Assembly: GCA_040326155.1 (NCBI GenBank)
Contig: JBEQLE010000098.1
Span: forward strand, 1-11,894
Origin: Leptospirales bacterium
GTDB taxonomy: Bacteria > Spirochaetota > Leptospiria > Turneriellales > JAOUFE01
Direction: 5' to 3'
Length of the DNA stretch: 11,894 bases
Positions within the stretch are counted from its first letter, which is position 1; each line of letters starts with the position of its first letter. The notes beneath the pieces were generated by a model. It was given only the letters and a program-made list of their open reading frames with translations. It ran no database searches and had not been told where the DNA came from. The position numbers and the translations under genes were made by a program. Below are positions 7,836-11,894 of this stretch, one piece after another.

Positions 7836-8576
7836 ATGGAAAGTGTATTAGTATATTCGGTAAACAAAGCTGCTTCTATGTTTTTACATAAAATTTCTAA
7901 TCAAATTAGCAAAAAACTGGAATTACCATACTTCTCCATGAACAATGATTTTCGAGAAGAAATAAAACCCATGACTTGGCGAAAGTTTATAGAAAACAAT
8001 AAACGCATTGGAATATATGGTCCCATTCGTGCAAGCCAGGGAAACATATACCCAGATAATCTCAATAATTATCGAATTATATTACATTTAAGAGATCCAA
8101 GAGATGTGATGGTCAGTAAATATTATTCAAAGGCTTACAATCATCCAAAGCGAGAAGGTGGATTTAGCATAAGTGATGAATCCAGAGAGCAATTAAGAAA
8201 AAATGGAATTGATGATTTTGTGATAAACAACCCTCAATCTAAAGAAATTAAATCTCATTACGAATCATATATCAAAAAGTTAATAGGTCAAAAAAATGTT
8301 ACATTTGTCAAATATGAAACAATGGTCACTGATTACAGCACCTGGGTACGCCACTTTTTAAAACCATTTAACGATTTTTATGCTCAGCCCGACGAGTTAT
8401 ATAGTAATTTATACAATGAATATAAAAATGACTTTAATGTATCGAAAGAGAATATTTATGAACATAAAAGGCAAATTTTACCCGGAGATTTTAAAAAAAA
8501 ATTAAGCCCAGAAACCATTCAATTTATAAACCACCAATTATCCGATATATTAAAGTTTATGAATTACGAAATCTAA
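7836..8576 (+). CDS. Sulfotransferase domain protein (Sulfotransfer_1-like)
   Basis: 5'-PSB-like YSVNKAASMFL, 3'-PB LRDPRDVMVS, VKYE, and C-terminal HKRQILPGDFKKKLS resembling the RxGxxGDWK motif. Confidence 0.88.
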   Translation: MESVLVYSVNKAASMFLHKISNQISKKLELPYFSMNNDFREEIKPMTWRKFIENNKRIGIYGPIRASQGNIYPDNLNNYRIILHLRDPRDVMVSKYYSKAYNHPKREGGFSISDESREQLRKNGIDDFVINNPQSKEIKSHYESYIKKLIGQKNVTFVKYETMVTDYSTWVRHFLKPFNDFYAQPDELYSNLYNEYKNDFNVSKENIYEHKRQILPGDFKKKLSPETIQFINHQLSDILKFMNYEI

Positions 8577-8621
8577 ATACTGATTCAGTTATAACAATTT
8601 CAATAAAGACTCAGTTTAGAA

Positions 8622-9527
8622 CTAATCAGTTAAAGCCGCCTCCATGCTGTGACCATAATCTTTTTCCATAAGAACTCTAACCTCATTTACATTCCCAACC
8701 GGAAAATTACCGAGAGGATGCCCTAATTTCCCTGATGAACTTAAATCGATTGTTTTCAATAATGTTAGTGAATTTCTGTCAATAAAAGAGATATAACCAT
8801 TTGATTTGTCCCGTACTTTTCGAACGGCGAGATCCGAATGGCCGACTATAATATACTTCTCACTGATACTTAATCCCTTTGTGTGTTGACCGGAAAACTC
8901 TACTCTTGTGCTGTTTTTAATATTGTTAATATTTGTCATGATGAAATAACCAAAACGTGAAGCATTATACATTAATGTATCTCCACTAATAAATATATTG
9001 TGGCACCCTTTGTGGGACAATTCAATAACTCTTTCCAAATGGAAATTATTTTTCGTTAACTTTAATTCCATTAGTTCCGACTTTCTATTTCGGTTGTGCA
9101 TCATAGCGTGTACGCGGTTATCGCCACATGGAAATACTGAGTTGACATGGTTTATATCATTTTGCGCATCATTAATGAAGTATTGAATATGTTCTTTTTT
9201 ATCAAAATCAAAATACCCAACAGAATTAAATGCGGTATTAGCCACGACAACGCCATTCTTCCAACGTGCTATTTGGTGAACCGAAGCGTAACTATCCGGA
9301 AAATACCTTATCCCGAAAAGAGAATACTTACCTTCTTCATTCCTTTTATAATATTCAATAATATTAAAATTGGCATTGCCTCTTTTAGCATAAAAGTGTG
9401 CTCCATTATTTTCAAGACCGGCACCATAATAATGGTCTATTCCAAGAAAAAATTTATCTATAATTTCGAAATCATCATTAATGACCAAATGAATTAAAAA
9501 CCTGTTCGTTCCTACAATGAGTTCCAT
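8622..9527 (-). CDS. Putative beta-propeller protein, DUF4915 (TIGR03032)/arylsulfotransferase-like
   Basis: Repeating short beta-strand blocks with motifs HYYG, VHQI, DINHVNSV, MMHN, GCHNI, HTKGL...IIVGHS and NVNEVRVL. No obvious signal peptide or TM helix. The family assignment is tentative. Confidence 0.55.
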   Translation of the reverse strand: MELIVGTNRFLIHLVINDDFEIIDKFFLGIDHYYGAGLENNGAHFYAKRGNANFNIIEYYKRNEEGKYSLFGIRYFPDSYASVHQIARWKNGVVVANTAFNSVGYFDFDKKEHIQYFINDAQNDINHVNSVFPCGDNRVHAMMHNRNRKSELMELKLTKNNFHLERVIELSHKGCHNIFISGDTLMYNASRFGYFIMTNINNIKNSTRVEFSGQHTKGLSISEKYIIVGHSDLAVRKVRDKSNGYISFIDRNSLTLLKTIDLSSSGKLGHPLGNFPVGNVNEVRVLMEKDYGHSMEAALTD

Positions 9528-9637
9528 AATATATTTTAATCTTGTTTTCCAGAGTATTCCACTCCTTTAATTATTTCTGTAAAGTAAACTCATTATTTTT
9601 GTTGCCATGGCATTGCAATCCTGAGATCGTAACTTAT

Positions 9638-10384
9638 ATGTTTATTCTTTGTGCCGGGATGGAGAAATCTGGTTCTCGTTATTTCTATGAAGTACTGAAA
9701 GAGATTATAATCCTGAAGGGTGGTATGGATGGCCAGGAGGTAGCGAAAAAGTATCGATTGGGGAAAATAACAGATGGCGGGAGAAAATATCTTAAAGTAA
9801 TGAACTATAAAACCCTAATAAAATTATGTATTATCAGTTTATTTGAAGGGGATTTTGTATTAAAAACTCATAAAGAGCCAACGCGTGCAATATCTTTCTT
9901 TAATCGATTGGGACTAATTAAGATATATTACACATTCAGAGATCCTCGAGATGCATTGCTCTCTGCCATTGACCATGGGAAAAGAATAATTGAAAATAAA
10001 AAAGAAAACGAACAAAGTCATGTTTTTGTTAAAATGTATAAAAATCAAGATCAAGCTGCCATGTATACCAAACCGTGGACAAAGACGTGGAAAAAATATA
10101 ATGACGAGCCACATGTTATAATGGTTAAGTATGAAGAGATTATACAAGATACCGATAAATTAATTACCTTGTTTGAAAGGACTCTCCGGTATAAACTAGA
10201 CGAAAAGACGAAAAAAAGTCTAATAATGAAATATTCTCTGAACAAAGTCCAGTCAGATTTTCTAAAATTTCATTACAATAAAGGAATATCTTATAGATAT
10301 AAAACCGAGATGTCGTCAAAAGTACGGAAGCAGTGTTTGATAGAATTTGGTGATGAACTAGAACAAATGGGGTATAGCGAATAA
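9638..10384 (+). CDS. Sulfotransferase domain protein
   Basis: 5'-PSB ILCAGMEKSGSRYF, VLKTH, 3'-PB FRDPRDALLS, VKYEE and YNKGISYRYK. Start moved from TTG 9542 to ATG 9638 so that the PSB loop is N-terminal; 248 aa. Confidence 0.88.
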   Translation: MFILCAGMEKSGSRYFYEVLKEIIILKGGMDGQEVAKKYRLGKITDGGRKYLKVMNYKTLIKLCIISLFEGDFVLKTHKEPTRAISFFNRLGLIKIYYTFRDPRDALLSAIDHGKRIIENKKENEQSHVFVKMYKNQDQAAMYTKPWTKTWKKYNDEPHVIMVKYEEIIQDTDKLITLFERTLRYKLDEKTKKSLIMKYSLNKVQSDFLKFHYNKGISYRYKTEMSSKVRKQCLIEFGDELEQMGYSE

Positions 10385-10390
10385 AGTATT

Positions 10391-11665
10391 ATGTCCAATA
10401 TTGATCATAGTAAAAAGGATATTATTTCTTTCAAAAATGTCTCCAAAAAATATCAACTCTATAAAAAAAAATCAGATCGCCTTAAAGAAGCGATTCACCC
10501 ATTTGGTAAGCCATACCACAAAGATTTCTGGGCTCTAAAAGACATTAATTTAGGTCTCAAAAAAGGTGAAATTCTGGGTATTGTGGGTAAAAATGGAGCG
10601 GGTAAATCAACACTGTTAAAATTAATTTCAGGAGTACTGTTTCCCACCACGGGAGAAATAAAAGTACAGGGAAAAGTCAGCGCACTGTTAGAAGTAGGTT
10701 CGGGAATGAATTCTCAATTTACGGGGCAAGAGAATGTGTATTTTCTGGGAAACATTCTTGGTTATAATCACGATCAAATGGAGGTTCTTGAAAATGATAT
10801 TCGAAGTTTCGCCGAGCTGGGAGAATATTATTTTCAACCGGTTAAAACATATTCAAGTGGAATGAGGTCGAGGCTGGGGTTTGCGATCTCTACTGCTATC
10901 GATCCAGATATATTAATTTTAGACGAGATACTTTCGGTTGGCGACGCAAGTTTTAGGAAGCGGGCTTTTCTGAGAATGAAAAAGCTATTAGACAAAGATT
11001 CAACCGTTATTTTTGTAAGTCATAGCGCTCAAAGTATAATTCAGATTTGCAGCAGAGCCATACTACTTGATAAAGGTCAAATTATAGATCAAGGTAAACC
11101 TATCGATATAATTCGAAAATATACGGTCCTGATTAAAGACAGTTACAAAGAAACAAGCAAAGAGGTAGAGATTCCCGAGGAAACTTTCGAAGAATTACAT
11201 GGAAAAGATGACAATACCGTAGAACTTCAAGACGGATTAAATATTTTAGAGTGTTCCCTCTTGAACGATAAAAATGAAAAAGCTAACATTCTAGAAACCG
11301 GAAAACGATATTCATTATGCCTGATCTATAAAATGGATTCAAACTTATTTGATCTATTTCTCGGTGCAAATATAACGAACAATAAAAACATATATTGCAG
11401 TAATATGCATATGAAAAATCAAAATATTTCAATACAACATGCGGAGGAAGGTAAAACATACAAAGTCATGATGAATTTTGATTGCAATTTCCTTCCTGGT
11501 GATTACTATCTTAGTTTGGGGGGGGTAGCTCGATTACAGCCCCAAGCTGAACCGAAAAAAATTCTAGCAATTTACGATCGTATTATTTTTAAAGTTGTCA
11601 ACTCCCATTCTACTTCTCGGGGCTTGGTTTTTCTCAATTATAAAATTTCGTATGAAACAATCTAA
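10391..11665 (+). CDS. wzt: Polysaccharide ABC exporter ATP-binding subunit (Wzt/RfbB/TagH family) with C-terminal Wzt_C carbohydrate-binding-type domain
   Basis: FWALKDI, Walker A GKNGAGKST, signature YSSGMRSRLGF, Walker B ILILDE and H-loop VSHS. An acidic linker leads into a beta-rich C-terminal domain with LPGDYYLSLG. Confidence 0.93.
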   Translation: MSNIDHSKKDIISFKNVSKKYQLYKKKSDRLKEAIHPFGKPYHKDFWALKDINLGLKKGEILGIVGKNGAGKSTLLKLISGVLFPTTGEIKVQGKVSALLEVGSGMNSQFTGQENVYFLGNILGYNHDQMEVLENDIRSFAELGEYYFQPVKTYSSGMRSRLGFAISTAIDPDILILDEILSVGDASFRKRAFLRMKKLLDKDSTVIFVSHSAQSIIQICSRAILLDKGQIIDQGKPIDIIRKYTVLIKDSYKETSKEVEIPEETFEELHGKDDNTVELQDGLNILECSLLNDKNEKANILETGKRYSLCLIYKMDSNLFDLFLGANITNNKNIYCSNMHMKNQNISIQHAEEGKTYKVMMNFDCNFLPGDYYLSLGGVARLQPQAEPKKILAIYDRIIFKVVNSHSTSRGLVFLNYKISYETI

Positions 11666-11667
11666 AT

Positions 11668-11894
11668 TCATTTGATTGTAATTAACCTTTTCATATGTCT
11701 GAAAGGGGCTGTTATCAGTTTCCCCACTTTCATAGAGGTTGAATTTAACAAGACTTCCTTTTGTCGCCTAAGCTTATTCTCTTTTTGCTTAAACTCATTC
11801 TCTTTTTGCTTAAACTCATTCTCTTTTTGCTTAAACTCATTCTCTTTTTGCTTAAACTCATTCTCTTTTTGCTTAAACCCTTTCTCTTTTTGCT
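11668..11894 (-). CDS. C-terminus of a coiled-coil protein, probably a glycan biosynthesis/chain-terminator enzyme (5' part outside the window)
   Basis: Not in the ORF track. Manual translation: ...QKEK GFKQKEN (EFKQKEN)x4 KLRRQKEVLLNSTSMKVGKLITAPFRHMKRLITIK-stop (TGA 11670-11668). It converges on wzt with a 2-nt gap between the stops. Confidence 0.8.
   Translation of the reverse strand, partial: QKEKGFKQKENEFKQKENEFKQKENEFKQKENEFKQKENKLRRQKEVLLNSTSMKVGKLITAPFRHMKRLITIK
11776..11894. repeat. 21-bp coding tandem repeat (VNTR-like), at least about 5.7 copies, running off the window
   Basis: Unit ATTCTCTTTTTGCTTAAACTC is perfect at 11776, 11797, 11818 and 11839, has one substitution in the copy at 11860, and a partial variant copy starts at 11881. 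Confidence 0.97.

Noticed and set aside
9600..9625. Sigma54 promoter suggested by TGGCA and TTGCA
   Set aside because: The GG and GC elements are not at the required -24/-12 spacing on either strand.
9542..9637. ORF-track TTG start at 9542 for the third sulfotransferase
   Set aside because: It would leave only 14 nt for two divergent promoters; ATG 9638 directly precedes the PSB motif.
8998..10245. ORFs 8998-9186, 9147-9497, 9914-10147 and 10051-10245, including hydrophobic ones as a possible hidden wzm
   Set aside because: They are antisense to real AT-rich genes, which produces spurious F/I/L-rich peptides, and are far too short for Wzm.
647..10471. A9 runs at 647-655, 8493-8501 and 10463-10471 as phase-variation tracts
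   Set aside because: They are in frame, encode Phe or Lys runs, and are expected in DNA this AT-rich.
11776..11894. CRISPR array
   Set aside because: Units are head-to-tail with no unique spacers, and the repeat reads as an in-frame heptad peptide.

Overview
AT-rich bacterial window with two modules. Left (1-6545, all minus strand): a tightly coupled restriction-modification-like defence operon, C5 DNA methyltransferase -> MORC/MutL-like GHKL ATPase -> Z1-domain SF2-like protein -> DUF4420-like PD-(D/E)XK nuclease -> Vsr (cut by the window edge and absent from the ORF track). It resembles the known MORC-Z1/Mza family but has no AIPR or ankyrin-sigma70 gene at the usual positions. Right (6743-11894): part of a sulfated surface-glycan locus with frequently switching gene orientation. 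It holds three divergent PAPS-dependent sulfotransferases, a His-rich beta-propeller (DUF4915/arylsulfotransferase-like), a Wzt ABC ATPase with a C-terminal carbohydrate-binding-type domain and no adjacent wzm, and the 3' end of a convergent gene missing from the ORF track. That gene carries a near-perfect in-frame 21-bp tandem repeat (EFKQKEN heptads) followed by an 'S-x-S-x-K...ITAPFR' amphipathic tail. The most novel-looking hypothesis is a sulfate-capped, ABC-exported glycan whose coiled-coil chain-length ruler is tunable by repeat slippage. All family calls come from motif recognition by eye; no searches were run.
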